DNA of 64,000 nt from Squalus acanthias (lineage: Eukaryota): assembly GCA_030390025.1 (NCBI GenBank), contig CM059441.1, positions 21,018,001-21,082,000 of the forward strand, read 5' to 3'. Shown in pieces: positions 22,960 to 36,100 of the stretch. Below the pieces are notes generated by a model. It was not told the DNA's origin and did not search any database. It was given only the letters and a program-made list of their open reading frames with translations. A program made the translations under genes and the position numbers. Numbering within the stretch: position 1 is the first letter of the stretch; the number at the start of each line of letters is the position of its first letter.

Positions 22960-25484
22960 CGTCTGATCCAGCACCGCGCTCTCTACAGGCGGTCTGTGGC
23001 ATCGCTAAGCAGCACAAGAAACAGCGAGGTTCTTCAACCAATCAGATTGAAGAATCCTCACTGAGACACGCAGAGGGTTACATTGGATAACCCCTCAAAA
23101 TGCACGCAGGGATCGCGATACATGATTAACCCGTGTCCGTTAATTGCAATGCAGGCCGAGCACCAGCTTCGTGCTGTCTGTTCATTTCCATGATTTCTGT
23201 GTGCAGCCAGCGCTGTTCATTGGCTGCGCGCATCAGCAGGGGGCCAAATATCATGAGTGCCTAGTACTACTTAAAGCTGGCCTGCACCTCTTAAAGGGGA
23301 GGTGCATTGTGGCTGGTGGTGCTGCTGCGATCATTCTGAATATTATGCAATGGGAGAATCAACAATGGCTGACCATGGGAGAGAGTATGCACCGTGGTTT
23401 GTCGGACGCTTCAATGGAGGTCCTGGTAGAAGAGGTGGAAAGAAGGACCAATATCCTGTATCCTTATGGGGGAGGGATGCCCTCCAGACATATGCTCAGA
23501 AGGCAGCGGGAAGAGATCGTGGGGAAGGTCAAAGCCAGGAGCGTAGCCCCAAGCATATGGTTATGGTGCAGGAGGAGGTTCAATGATCTCACATGAGTTC
23601 TCAAGGTCAGTGAGTCCATCTTCAAATGCTCTAGCCTACCAACTGCACTACTAGCCTCATCCAGCATTCAATTCACTAAACCCCATCACTCACCTGCCAA
23701 CAATCTCAATCAATCAGGACTCGTGCAAAAAAGGTTCACTCGGTTAATCCCGGGGATGAGGGGGTGGTCATATGAGGAGAGGTTGGGTAGATTGGGACTC
23801 TACTCATTGGAGTTCAGAAGAATGAGAGGCGATCTTATTGAAACATATAAGATTGTGAAGGGGTTGGATCGGGTGGATGCGGGGAGGATGTTCCCGATGA
23901 CGGGTGAGACGAGAACTAGGGGACATAGTCTTAGAATAAGGGGCTGCTCTTTCAAAACTGAGATGAGGAGGAACTACTTCACTCAGAGGGTGGTAGGTCC
24001 ATGGAATATGCTGCCACAAAAAGCTGTAGAAACTACAACATTAATTAAATTTAAAACAGAAATAGACAGTTTCCTAGAAGTAAAGGGCATTAAGGGTTAC
24101 GGGGAGCGGGCAGGAATTTGGACATGAGTCTAGGTTCGGATCGGTCATGGCCCTGTGGGTAGTGGAGCGGGCCCAGGGACTGTGTAGCCTGATTCTGCTC
24201 CTATTTCGTGTGTGCAATTCTGTTAGATGCAGGAGATGGTTCTGTGATAGATAGTAGATTGGCGGTTAGGATCAGATCAGCCATGATCTTATTGAATGGC
24301 GGAGCAGGCTCGAGGGGCCGATTGGCCTACTCCTGCTCCTATTTCTTATGTTCTTATGTACCTAATATATGCTTTACCTCATCCTCAAACAGTTAGCACT
24401 GCTGCAAGCAAGCCTCACACCCACATCTCAAAGCTTGCACACACTGGCAGCTAGTCAACCATGACAGCCACATCACCCAAACATATTGCATGACATTCAC
24501 TGATAAACTTCCCTCTTTCTTGCAGGAGATGGTGGCAAACAACAGGAGGTGGCAGGAATTAACGGGAGATGGAAAGGCACGCCTGCATGTTTTAACCCCC
24601 ATGGAGGAGACAGTGCTGGCCATTATGGGAAGGGACATTGCTGAGAGCCCTTCCACCCTCATCCAACTCTCTCTTCTAGCAGCTTGTCCTGCTGTGAGTG
24701 GCCTCTGCTCAATCTCCCAGTCATAGACAATGCCAACAGGAAGCCCTACTAGGCCACCCATGCCTGGAAGCAACTGGTTTCTGCACAAGCCTTTAAGTCA
24801 CCAAAAAAGTACTTCAGCACCAGTCAGACCTCTCCCTGTAGACTATTGAAACTGTAAACAAGTATGGAACAGCACCCAAAACACGTAGAATTGCTGCAAC
24901 AGCTGAACAGGTGATACATGTGAGCCCAATTTCGCTCCCGCAGAGTCCAAACCAGGAAGTATAGACCATGAAGTATAAATTAGAGTTAAAACATGTACAG
25001 AAAGCAGAATAATATTAAGAGAGCGAGATAAAAGAGACAGACAGAAACAGTAAAAAAATTATTTTAATTTTTATTTTTTTTAAAGTCTCCAACACCAATT
25101 AAATTCTGAAGGAATGAGACTCCACAATTGTAAAATTAAATTTTCAGGGCCAGAGAGGTTGTTTTGCAGTAATAATGACTGTTCACACCATTGAAATGCA
25201 CTTACACCTGAATGCACCAGTCCTAACTTTTCTACTGTGTTTAGTGGGTAACTAGTGGGCAAGAACCACAAAATCACGCTCTTACATTGATTTCAATGCC
25301 AAGTCTATCGGCGAGGTACCGATGTAGCACAGCCTGTGGAGGAGCAGGGTAAGTCGGACCGCAACCGCTGGGTTTCCTCATTTAACAGCGCGTGTGCGTA
25401 CTCCGGACGTTGCTGTCCCATTTATTCCAAAATTACGGTGAGGGTTGTTAGCCTCGCCATTATTCTCAACGAAAAATCTGGGCC
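22960..25484 (+). mobile_element. Old Harbinger-derived element D (Myb exons 1-2 remnant)
   Basis: LSDASMEVLVEEVERR...WCRRRFNDL and QEMVANNRRWQELTGDGKARLHVLTPMEE. Terminus AAAATCTGGGCC at 25484. Confidence 0.7.
23723..24358 (+). mobile_element. 5'-truncated CR1 (HER1-type) insertion, copy-1 specific
   Basis: Intact RT C-terminus VQKRFTRLIPGM...YEERLGRLGLYSLE.RRMRGDLIE...IKGYG. Tail ...CCTATTTCTTATGTTCTTATG. Empty site at about 56270 (CAGGACTCATACCTAAT). Confidence 0.9.
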
Positions 25485-26068
25485 ATTGCTCCATCTCATG
25501 TAAAAGTGCAACACATTATGAGAGCTATCGGTTTGCAGTGAATGAATAAGTCAAGTTGCCTATTTCTTACAGATTATTGTTCATGTGTTAGTGATATTTT
25601 CAGGCTTAAAAATTGACAAAAATATGAAACAAGAATTCAAGTTGTGCAGACAGGTAGTGGGCACACAGATAAATTATTACTAATCTTTACAGGCCTCTAT
25701 CAGGTCACCCCTCGGTCTTCTATTCTCTATAGATATTTAAAATGCATTCCTAGACAATGCTGGTGGAGTTGTCTGGAACAGTTCTAACCATCACCTCTCA
25801 ATCTTACCACTGATGCCTGTTTTCAAAAGTCAACTTAAAAAAAGAAAACCAGTCCTTTATTTTCAAAACATATTATGAGAAGTCATTTATACTTGTTCCG
25901 TGAGGGAAGCATGTTGTCTTGTTTGAACCTTGTGTTGAGACATCTAAGGGACACTTTGTGAGACATTGGAATGGGGAGGTTGTGTGATGGTGTGGGTGAA
26001 AAGCGTCTCAAAGCTGTGGGCAAGCTTGTGGTTTGTTTTGGTTGCTTAATTTTCCCATTGTTATTGTT

Positions 26069-26435
26069 ACAAGATTCTGAGGGGGATTGACAAGGGTAGA
26101 TGCTGAGAGGTTGTTTCCCCTGGTTGGAGAGTCTAGGGCTAGGGGGCATAGTCTCAGGATAAGGGGTCAGCCATTTAAGACTGAAATAAGGTGGAATTTC
26201 TTCACTCAGAGGGTCGTGAATCTTTGGAATTCTCTACCCCAAAGGGTTGTGGATGCTGAATCATTGAGTATATTCGCTGAGATAGATAGATTTTTGGACT
26301 CTTAGGAATCAAGGGATATGGGGATCGGGCAGGAAAGTGGAGTTGAGGTTGAAGATCAGCCATGAGCTCATTGAATGGCAGAGCAGGCTCGAGGAGCCGT
26401 ACGGCCTACGCCTGCTCCCAATTCTTATGTTCTTA
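26069..26435 (+). mobile_element. CR1 3' fragment
   Basis: LFPLVGESRARGHSLRIRG...FFTQRVVNLWNSLP and HE1/HER1-type tail ending TTCTTATGTTCTTA. Confidence 0.85.
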
Positions 26436-27107
26436 AGATGTAGATAGAGAGACAACAACTTAAAGGACGTAACCGTTGTTTTGGTTCTGATTTTGCTCCA
26501 CTAATTAAATGTTCAAGTTGATTTAATGCGGAAATCCATTTTATTCTGTACAATTGTTAAACAAAATGTACAAAGCTGGATGAATAATAAAAATTTTGAT
26601 CACGACACACAATTCCATCAAGGTCGATGTAACCAGGGAATCTTCATTTTACCACATTGGTCAAGCTGTGACGATCTGATTCATTGATGAACTGAAAAAG
26701 AAAATATTTACGGCATCAGATTCATTGATACTGAGAACGATGCATTATTTTACATGTCAGGTCTGAACAGAATCCTGGAACTGGCAACAAATTGAGGAAA
26801 AGCTTGTGATGGGCTGGAGCTGTGTTGAGATCACACTCCTCCCTCCCCCAGCACTATTGCACGTGTGATGGGAAAAGGAGCAAGTTGTGTTGCTCTTGAA
26901 TACATGTAGCACCATTTTCTCACAGGCAACAAATGTTTCCCAGCAGCTGTGATTGTGGACAGTTGGCAACAGAAAAAGATTGACTTGGCTACTCTATTAA
27001 ATACATTTTCGATAGTCTAGTCGAGGTTGCCAGCAACAAATGCATTGTTGCTCGACTGGATAAATATGCCTCTGTGTTCTTGTGTGAAAACTGCTATCCC
27101 TGGTTCC

Positions 27108-27167
27108 CTACAGGAAAGTGCTTTTTTTTAGCCTTTTCCATTTCCTTCCTTCCTTTTCTTGTAACGA
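27108..27167 (-). CDS. Gene B putative last coding exon (cytoplasmic tail SLQEKEGRKWKRLKKSTFL*)
   Basis: ttgttattaacag acceptor in phase 0 inside a unique block (26440-27220) retained in both copies. AATAAA on - at 26540-26545. Confidence 0.45.
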   Translation of the reverse strand, partial: SLQEKEGRKWKRLKKSTFL

Positions 27168-30100
27168 CTGTTAATAACAATGGAATGAAAGTTGGGAGAA
27201 TTCTATAATGGGCGGGTTACATGGGATCATAGCAGCAGGAGCAGCCCATTCAACCCCTCGAGCCTGATCTGCCATTCAATTAGATCACGGCTGCTCTGTA
27301 GCTCAACTCCATTTACTCGCCTTTGATCCATATCCTTTGATATCCTTACCCAACAAAGATCTCATGATCTCAGCTGTGAAAATTTGAATTGACCCAGCAA
27401 CCACTGCCTTTAAGAATAGCAAGTTCCAGATTTCCACAGCCCTTTGTGTGAAAAAGTGATTCTGAATTTCACTCCTAAATGGTTTAGCTCTAATTTTTAG
27501 ATTATGCCCCTTGTACTGGATCCCCCACCGAGCAAATCTGACCCAGGCTCTGTACAACTGAAACATCACTTCTTCATTTTTGAATTCCAATCCCTGTAAA
27601 ATAAAGGCCAACATTCCATTAGCCTCTTTGATTACATTTGTACCTGTGCACTAGCTTTTAGTGACTTGTGTACATGGACACACAAATCTCTTTACTCCTC
27701 CACATCTTCTAGTCTCTCGCAACTAAGAAAATATTCCGATTTGTCTTTCTCTGATCCAAAGGGGCTGAACTCACACTTCCCCACATTGAACTCCATCTGC
27801 CATAGTTTTGCCCACTCACTTAGTCTTTCTATGTCCTTATGTAGCTTCCGCTCTAGAACGGGTGGGTGATCGCTCTGCAGAATTACCGCCTATGGTGTGA
27901 AGATGATACATTACCCCAGTGACACCAATTAGAAATAAAACGCTTGTCACATGGAGTTCTTTAACCTGGATTGAGCCTGTTTGGCCAGGGACTTCACCAC
28001 ATAATCTAGGCTGGCACTTCAGCGCCGTACAGAGGTAGCGCTCTGTTGTCAGATGAAATGTTAACTGAGGGCCCCGTCTGCTTGTTCAGGTGGACATAAA
28101 AGATCCCACGGCACTATTTGAAGAAGAGCAGAGGAGTTCGCCCAGAGTCCTGGCCAAAACAGATTATCTGGTCATTTATCTCCTTTGCTGTTTTTGGGAC
28201 TTTGCTGTGTGCAAATTGTCTGCCCCTTTTGCCTACAGAACAACAGTAACACTTCAAAAGTAACTCATTGGATGTAAAGAGCTGTAAAGTTTCGCAATTA
28301 TCGCGATTCGAAATAACATAAGAGAAGCAGATTCGTTTGATCAGTTTTATTAAACAAAATGCTGTCATGACACTGAAAGACGCCCTCGTAAGAACGGGAT
28401 ATGACGCTCGACTTGTCGATCGACAGTTCCGACGGGCCACAGCGAAAAACCGCATAGACCTCCTCAGAAGACGAACACGGGACACAACCAACAGAGTACC
28501 CTACGTCGTCCAGTACTTCCCCGGAGCGGAGAAACTACGCCATGTTCTTCGCAGCCTTCAACATGTCATCGATGACAACGAACACCTTGCTAAGGCCATC
28601 CCCACACCTCCACTACTCGTCTTCAAGCAGCCGCCTAACCTCAAAAGTACCATCCTTCACAGCAAATTACCCAGCTTTCAGGAGAACAGCGACCACGACA
28701 CCACACAAACATGCCACGGCAACCTCTGCAAGACATGCCAGATCATGGACACAGATACCGTCATCACACGTGAGGACACTACCCACCAGGTACATGGTAC
28801 ATACTCATGTGACTCGGCCAACGTTGTCTACCTGATACGTTGCAGTAAAGGATGCCCCAGAGCATGGTACATCGGCGAGACAATGCAGACACTGAGACAA
28901 CGTATGAACGTACACCGCGCAACAATCGCCAGGCAGGAGGGTTGCCTCCCAGTCGGGGAGCACTTCAGCAGTCAAGGGCATTCAGCCTCGGATCATCGGG
29001 TTAGCGTTCTCCAAGGTGGCCTTCGGGATACATGACAACGCAAAATCATCGAGCAGAAACTGATAGCCAAGTTCCGCACTCATGAGGATGGCCTCAATCG
29101 GGATATCGGGTTCATGTCACGATACAGAACGTGGCTTGACATCGTTGCCGGTCTTTCCAGCTTTTTAAAAAATCTAACACAAGAAACAAACACAAGAAAC
29201 AAACCCAAATGGAGAGGATATGCAGCCAGCAGGTGTTTTGACACGTTGGACCCCCTGGGACACATCTCATTGTCTTGGCTGTGCTCTTAGTGTGTCTTTG
29301 ATGTTGAATGCATTTTCTCTGTGTTTATATTCTGTGAATTCTGATAGATTGTCTCACAGTAACTTTACCTGAGGAAGGGGCGACAGCTCCGAAAGCTTGT
29401 AATTTTAAATAAATCTGTTGGACTATAACCTGGTGTTGTGCGACTTCTCATTTTTGTCCACCCAAGTCCAACGCCGGCATCTCCACATCATGATAATAAA
29501 GGACACAGAAGCCTGTAAAATGGCCACCGTGCATCGTGGCAGAAGCTTCCAGAAATACAGTGGGCAGACAAGATGGCGTCGAATAAACATTCAATATAAG
29601 ATTGGATCATACTCGGTAAACATTGATAAATACAGGATGCAACCCGTTTGCATTTGAAACAATAGCAAAGATATAAGTGCTGGAATCGTTTTTCCTATGC
29701 ACAGCAAGAACCATTGTACTGGGCAATCGAAGGCCCATCCAGACACATCAATACACAAATACCCCCACGGCTCTACAATGAGAGAGACATTGATGGGTGA
29801 TTAAGTCAGTATTCGGGGAGGCCCCAAAACCAGTCAGGAGACTCCTGGCTGGGTCAACAATGGGGAAAACATTAACGGATAGTTGGCCAGTTTCAGGTGC
29901 TACCGAAACCCGTTAAAGAGAAGAATCGCCCCATGCTGGGAGTTTTGTGCGCCAATATTACACAAAGGACAAACATTAAGATGTGAGCGGGAGATAAGGG
30001 GACACAGCACTATAACTATAGAGAACAAATGTCCATCGGTCTCTTATTCTCCCAGCTTATCCTTATTCTCGGGTATCGCTCTGCTGGATGAGCAACCTTT

Positions 30101-33100
30101 TGTGTTTCTCTGGACTATGTTGACTCTTGACTCTTAGCCGTACTGGTCGGTTATTCGAATGTTGGGTGGAGCTCAATCGGAACGAGCCACCCCGACAAGG
30201 GCAAGTAACAGGGTACACCATCCCGAGTGTCGGTAAACGGTGTCTGGACCCAGAGGCCCGAAGAGACGAGACGAGACGAGAAGAAAAGGAGAAGAATCCA
30301 CATGCCGCCACGGTCAGTAAACCCCGACCGCACCCGAAAATATAAATAAAGAACTTTTCATTGAAGTCTACCGACAACCGGTATCGAGCACAGGAAGGCT
30401 CTTCTTTGAACTGTGTCCGAGGTCCGTCGAGTTCTTAATGACAACAGGGAGTCTGGCCTGCTTGTCGCAGCAGCGAAAATAAACAAGTGGGGTACAGAGA
30501 CCCTTCTAAACACGTGACAGTCAGGCGCTGCAGCGAAACGAGCTGAGTGCCTCACTTTAAAATTCTCCGAATTAACACGAGTGGTGAGCATGTTTTCCAA
30601 TCCTACAAATCTAGACGTAGTGTAGGCATTGTTAAGGGAGGGTGGTTTCATTAAGGTTAAAGTATAATGTGTTCCCCTTTTTACGATGTGCCGTGCGTTC
30701 TTCATTTCCATAGACCAAGCTTTATGAATGTATGTATACTTGTACTCTCGTTAATTTGCGCCTATGACATGTACTTCATGATTTTGGACGCTATGCAATA
30801 AAGATTTCCATTTCGTACTATTCAACCGGGTCTATTTGAGTTTTCTCTGCATTACTGCTCCCTGCACCTAAGTCCAGTGTTAGAACCGTAAGGGCGAGTG
30901 GGTCAAACCACTCACAGGTGCTTATTGCAAAAAGGCTGGCCGGAGACCAGAGCAAGCAATAGTATTAGGCAACGAAGGCCTAACCTCGCACCAGCACCGT
31001 CTGAGACACGCAACCCTTACAGAGCTTGGGACATCTTGAAGACATGAAAGGCTCCATGTAAATTTTATTACAAGGATCTTCAGTGATAAAGTCAAGCTTT
31101 TGTTTATTAGTGGAAGTTATCCTAGACTAATACTGCTGATCACTTCTGGATGGATGCAGCCACAACAAGGCTCAAGAAGCCCGACTCCATCCAGAACAAG
31201 CAATCCATTGGATTTTGCCTACATTAGAACAGTAAACTTTCAAAACTAACTCATATTATCTGTAAAACACTTTGTTTCATCCTGAGGACATGAAAGAGTT
31301 TATGTAAATGCAAGTTTTTCTTTACACTGATCAATATTTTTGAAAGAATTGATGGTGTGATTCATATAAAGTCGGTAATGCCTACCTTAGATTTTCTCGT
31401 ACACCTTGTGACTGAAATAGTACAAATCACCAGGAGGGCAAAGAGCACCCAGCGTACCACGTTCCATATAATGTAACTGAGCAAAAGAGAAGAAATACAA
31501 AATAATTCGAAGGAAACAAGACTGCTTTGTGTTTGGAACATTTATAATGGGGGGAATTTTCCGGGGGGTCAGCGGACGGGATCAGGGGTGGGTCGAGTGG
31601 GAAAGTTGTTTTTTTTTGACAGCGGGTTGTATCCATGTTGCCACTGTCCCTTTTATTCCATGGGCTTCAATTTTGCCGGTAAGCCTATTTTGTGGCATTT
31701 TATCAAACACATTTTGGAAGTCCATGTACACCACATCAACCGCATTGCTCTCATCAACCCTCTCTGTTACCTCATCAAAAAACTCGATCAAGTTAATTAA
31801 ATACGATTTGCCTTTAACAAATCCATGCTGGCTTTCCTTAATTAATCCACACTTGTCCAAGTGACTGTTAACTTTGTCCCTGATTATCATTTCTAAAAGC
31901 TTCCCCACTACCAAGGTCAGACTGACTGGCCTGTAGTTGCTGGGTTTATCTTTACACTCTGTTTTGAACAAGGGTGTAATATTTGCAATTCTCCAGTCCT
32001 CTGGCACCACCCCCATATCTAAGGAGGATTGGAAGATTATGGCCAGTACATCCACGAGTTCCTCCTTAACCTCCCTCAGCATCCTAGGACGCATCCCATA
32101 TGGTCCTGGTGACTTATCAACTTTAATTACAGACAGCCTTTCTAGTACCTCCTCTTTATCAATTTTTATCTCATCCAGTATCTCCACTACCTCCTCTTTC
32201 ACTATGACTTTGGCAGCATCATCTTCCTTGGTGAAGACAGATGCAAAGTACTCATTTATTACCCCAGCCATGCCCTCTGCCTCCATGCGTAGGTCTCCTT
32301 TTTGGTCCCTAATCGGCCCCACTCCTCCTCTTACCCGTTTATTATTTATATGCCTATAGAAGACTTTTGAATTCCCTTTTATGTTAGCTGCCAGTCTATT
32401 CTCATACTCCCTCTTTGCCCTTCTTATTTTCTTTTTCACTTTTCCTCTGTACTTTCTATATTCCGCCTGATTCTCACTTGTATTCTCAACCTGACATCTG
32501 TCATACACGCTCTTTTACTGCTTCATCTTATTCTCTATCTTTTTCGTCATCCAGGGAGCTGTGGTTTTAGTTGTCCTACCTTTCCCCCTTGTGGGAATGT
32601 ACCTCAACTGTACCCGAACCATCTCCTCTTTAATGGCAGCCCATTGTTCGATTACTGTTTTTCCTGCCAGTCTTTGATTCCAATTTACCCGGGCCAGATC
32701 CGTTCTCAACCCACTGAAATTTGCCTTCCTCCAATTAAGTATTTTCACTCTAGATTGCTCCCTATCCTTTTCCATAGCTGATCTATACCTTATCATACTG
32801 TGATCTCTGTTCCCTAAATGTTCCCCTACTGACACTTGCTCCATTTGACCCACCTCATTCCCCAGAACCAGATCCAGCAATGCCTCCCTTCTCGTTGGGC
32901 CGGAAACGTACTGATCAAGAAAATTCTCCTGGACAGACTTCAGAAATTCTTCCCCATCTCTACCCTTTACACTATTGTGAGAAGTCTCACAACACCAGGT
33001 TGTAGTCCAACAGATTTATTTGAAATCACAAGCTTTCGGAGCGCTGCTCCTTCGTCAGGTGAAGGAGCAGCGCTCCGAAAGCTTGTGATTTCAAATAAAG

Positions 33101-36100
33101 CTGTTGGACTATAACCTGGTGTTGTGCGACTTCTCAAAATTTGTCCACCCCAGTCCAACACCGGCATCTCCACATCATGGCTGCTTTACACTATTACTAT
33201 CCCTGTTTATATTAGGATAATTGAAGTCCCCCATTATCACTACTCTATAGTTCTTGCTCCTCTGTGTAATTTTCCTGCAAATTTGCTCCTCTATATCTTT
33301 CCACTAATATAGAATACACCTAGTCGTGTAATGGCACCTCTATTATTTCCTAACTCTAACCAAATAGATTCTGTCCTTGATCCTTCCAGAACATCCTCTC
33401 TCTCCAGCACTGTAACATTCTCCTTAACCAATAATGCCATGCTACCTCCTTTCTTTCCTTCCCTATCTTTCCTGAACACCTTATATCCTGGAATATTTAA
33501 AACCAACTGCTGTCCTTTTTCGAGCCAGGACTCCGTTATCACTACGACATCATATTCCCATGTGACTATTTGCGTCTGTAGATCACCAACCTTATTTACC
33601 AAGCTTTGTGTGTTTAAACACATGCACTGTAGTCCTGTCTTAGACCTTCTTGTATTCACTCTTAATCTGACCCCACCTAATACCTTACTATTTCTTACTC
33701 TAGTGCTATCTGTCTCTCCCCATCCTTTGTGCACTTTGTTTCTCCTTTCTGAAGCTACATCCTGGTGCCCATCCCACTGCCAAATTAGTGTAAACCCTCA
33801 GCAACAGGACTAGCAAACCCCACCGCCAGGACATTGTTTCCGGCTCTGTTGAGGTGCAACCCGTCCGTCCTGTACAGGTCCCACCTCCCCCAGAAATGGT
33901 CCCAATGTCCCAGGAACCTGAAGCCCTCCCTCCTGCACCATCTCTCCAGCCATGCATTCATCTGTTCTATCCTCCTATTTCTATACTCACTAGCCCTATC
34001 ACCGGAAAATCATTTCACAGAGTGGGATAGAGCCAGCAGCGGGGCAGCGACCCGCCAACGACATCGACCACACTGGACACACCAAGGTAAGTAAAATCCC
34101 GGCCCTCCTGTTTACACTGTAATCTTAGTACCGTGCATCAATGTAGAGCAGCAGAGCCGAGGGATTACATAGGATTAGATCGGATATACGGCACAGAAAC
34201 AGGTAATTCGGCCCAACCAGTCCATGCCGGCGTTTATGCTCCACTTGAGCCTTCTCCCGTCTTTCCCCATCTAACTCTATCAGCATAACCCTCTATTCCT
34301 TTCTCCCTCATATGCTTATCTAGCCTCCCCTTAAATGTATCCATACTATTTGCCTCAACTACTCCCTGTGATAGCAAGTTCCACATTCTCACCACCCTCT
34401 GGGTAAATAAGTTTCTTCTGAATTCCCTATTGGATTTCTTGGTGACTATCTTATATTGATGGCCTCTAGTTTTGCTCTTCCCCACAAGTGGAAACACCCT
34501 TTCTGTATCTACTCTATCAAAACCTTTCATAACTTTAAAGACACCCATCAACCTTCTTTTTTCAAGCGAAAAGAGACCCAGCCTGTTCATCCTTTCCTGA
34601 TAGGTATACCCTCGCATTTCTGGTATCATCCTTGCAAATCTTCTCTGCACCCTCTCCAGTGCCTCTATATCCTTTCTATAATATGGCGACCAGATTTGTA
34701 TGCAACACTCCAAGTGTGGTCTAACCAAGGTTCAATACAAATTTAGCATAACTTCTCTACTTTTCAATTCTATCCCTCTAGAAATAAACCCTAGTGCTTG
34801 GTTTGCTTTTTTATGGCCTTGTTAACCTGCTTTAGCTGGGAAAGTAAACTAATGTTTGACTTCTGGAGGAAAGTCAACTTTGTGATCATTAGATAAAGAT
34901 CAGATGAAGCAAACTTCATTAACATGTCCACAATGTATAGCTGTAATGGTAAGCCACAATTTTATAATTGAGGACTTTATAAAAGTGACTGGCCATCTGA
35001 GGGAAGCACCGCTGCCGGGGGACATGTAGCAATGTTGAGATATCTCTTCAGGGAGTCAGGATAGTCAGAACAGCATCATCCTACACTGCTCTCATGCACC
35101 TTCTAACAGGCAATTGCTGAGCAGCTGGAATCAGGCAGCCTCCTCACCCTCTCAGTTTGGGAACAGTGTATAACATCGGGAACTGAGAAGGAGTAAATGA
35201 CAGAGAATGCAACTTTTCTGTCAATGCCACTCCAGAACAGATAAGGACAAGAAAACTGGCATTGTGCTAGTGTGGCATGCACAACTCCATAAGATTAACT
35301 TCGCGTTGAAATAATCAAGTTGAATAATGCAAAGAACACGATCTAAGGAGCGGCAAAATGGAGGCGCTTATTTTTTATTCTTATTTTCCACCAACAAAGA
35401 TAGCACCTTCATTAGGAAGCTAACACAACAGCATGATGTAAACCCAGCCAGCATTTTCATTCTGATGCGCATTTACATTCTGAAATAATAAATGATTTTC
35501 ACCCCTTATGATAAAATTATTTAAAAATTCGGTTGCTTTGCGCCTCCCGTTAGCGCCCGAGGGGGCATAAAGAACCTAGCGCCCAGGCGCGGTGCTGCTA
35601 ACACCTCCTGCGAAATTCAGCGGGAGGTTAGCGGCGGTGGTAGCCGGGAGCGCCCTGTGGTGCTGCGCCTCCGGCGATGATGTCATAGCCTGCTCGCGCC
35701 CCGGCTGCAAACTTTGCTCCCTCCCCCGAGCTACCGCCGAACGCTGTGTCTGACAGGGTCAGGGTGCCATGTTTGTGGCCGCGGCGGCGCTAATTTAAAG
35801 GCCAGGTGCCGAGCGGCTATATTTTTTTGGGCCGCCTGCCAGCACCTGCCCCCTCTCGCCTCATCTTGTGGGGTGCCGGCCGCGATCGAGCGATTGATCT
35901 CTTGCCGGTACCCCGCTCCCTGGTGGTCCAGCAGGGCCCCGGTGCACGCTACGCTAGGCCCCTCCCCTTTAATCAGGGGAGGGAGGCCTGCAGTTCCGCG
36001 GCGCTTGGGGCCGACACGCCTGCCGCTGCTGCACGTAGCGCCGCGATATTCAATGGGAGCACCCCAAGAGGGAGCGGGAGCGCTTCCAGTAGGGCCCCGC

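Larger units (their letters stand above)
28283..31021. mobile_element. Solo-LTR-like family A copy inserted in a DeuSINE tail and itself interrupted by a Penelope fragment
   Basis: TGTAA...TTACA with TSD GAGC (28279-28282 / 31022-31025). Independent site from 13668. Confidence 0.88.
3170..32097 (+). repeat. Segmental (tandem) duplication unit, copy 1
   Basis: Colinear, near-identical to 38792-64000, including exons and shared TE insertions. Offsets are 35622 (C2 exon), 34164 (signal exon) and 31903 (TM exon), explained largely by insertions present only in this copy. Confidence 0.97.
31630..33993 (-). mobile_element. CR1 LINE fragment (ORF1 end, endonuclease, RT N-terminus), apparently inside a Harbinger MITE (about 31549-34105)
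   Basis: ORFs 31582-32508, 32515-32880 and 33291-33734 carry CR1 ORF2 motifs. Flanks GGGGGGAATTTT and AAAATCCCGGCCC look like Harbinger termini. Confidence 0.88.

Noticed and set aside
29285-29340. Alternative last exon (NSQNINTEKMHSTSKTH*) for gene B
   Set aside because: Lies within the Penelope 3' region and lacks a polypyrimidine tract.
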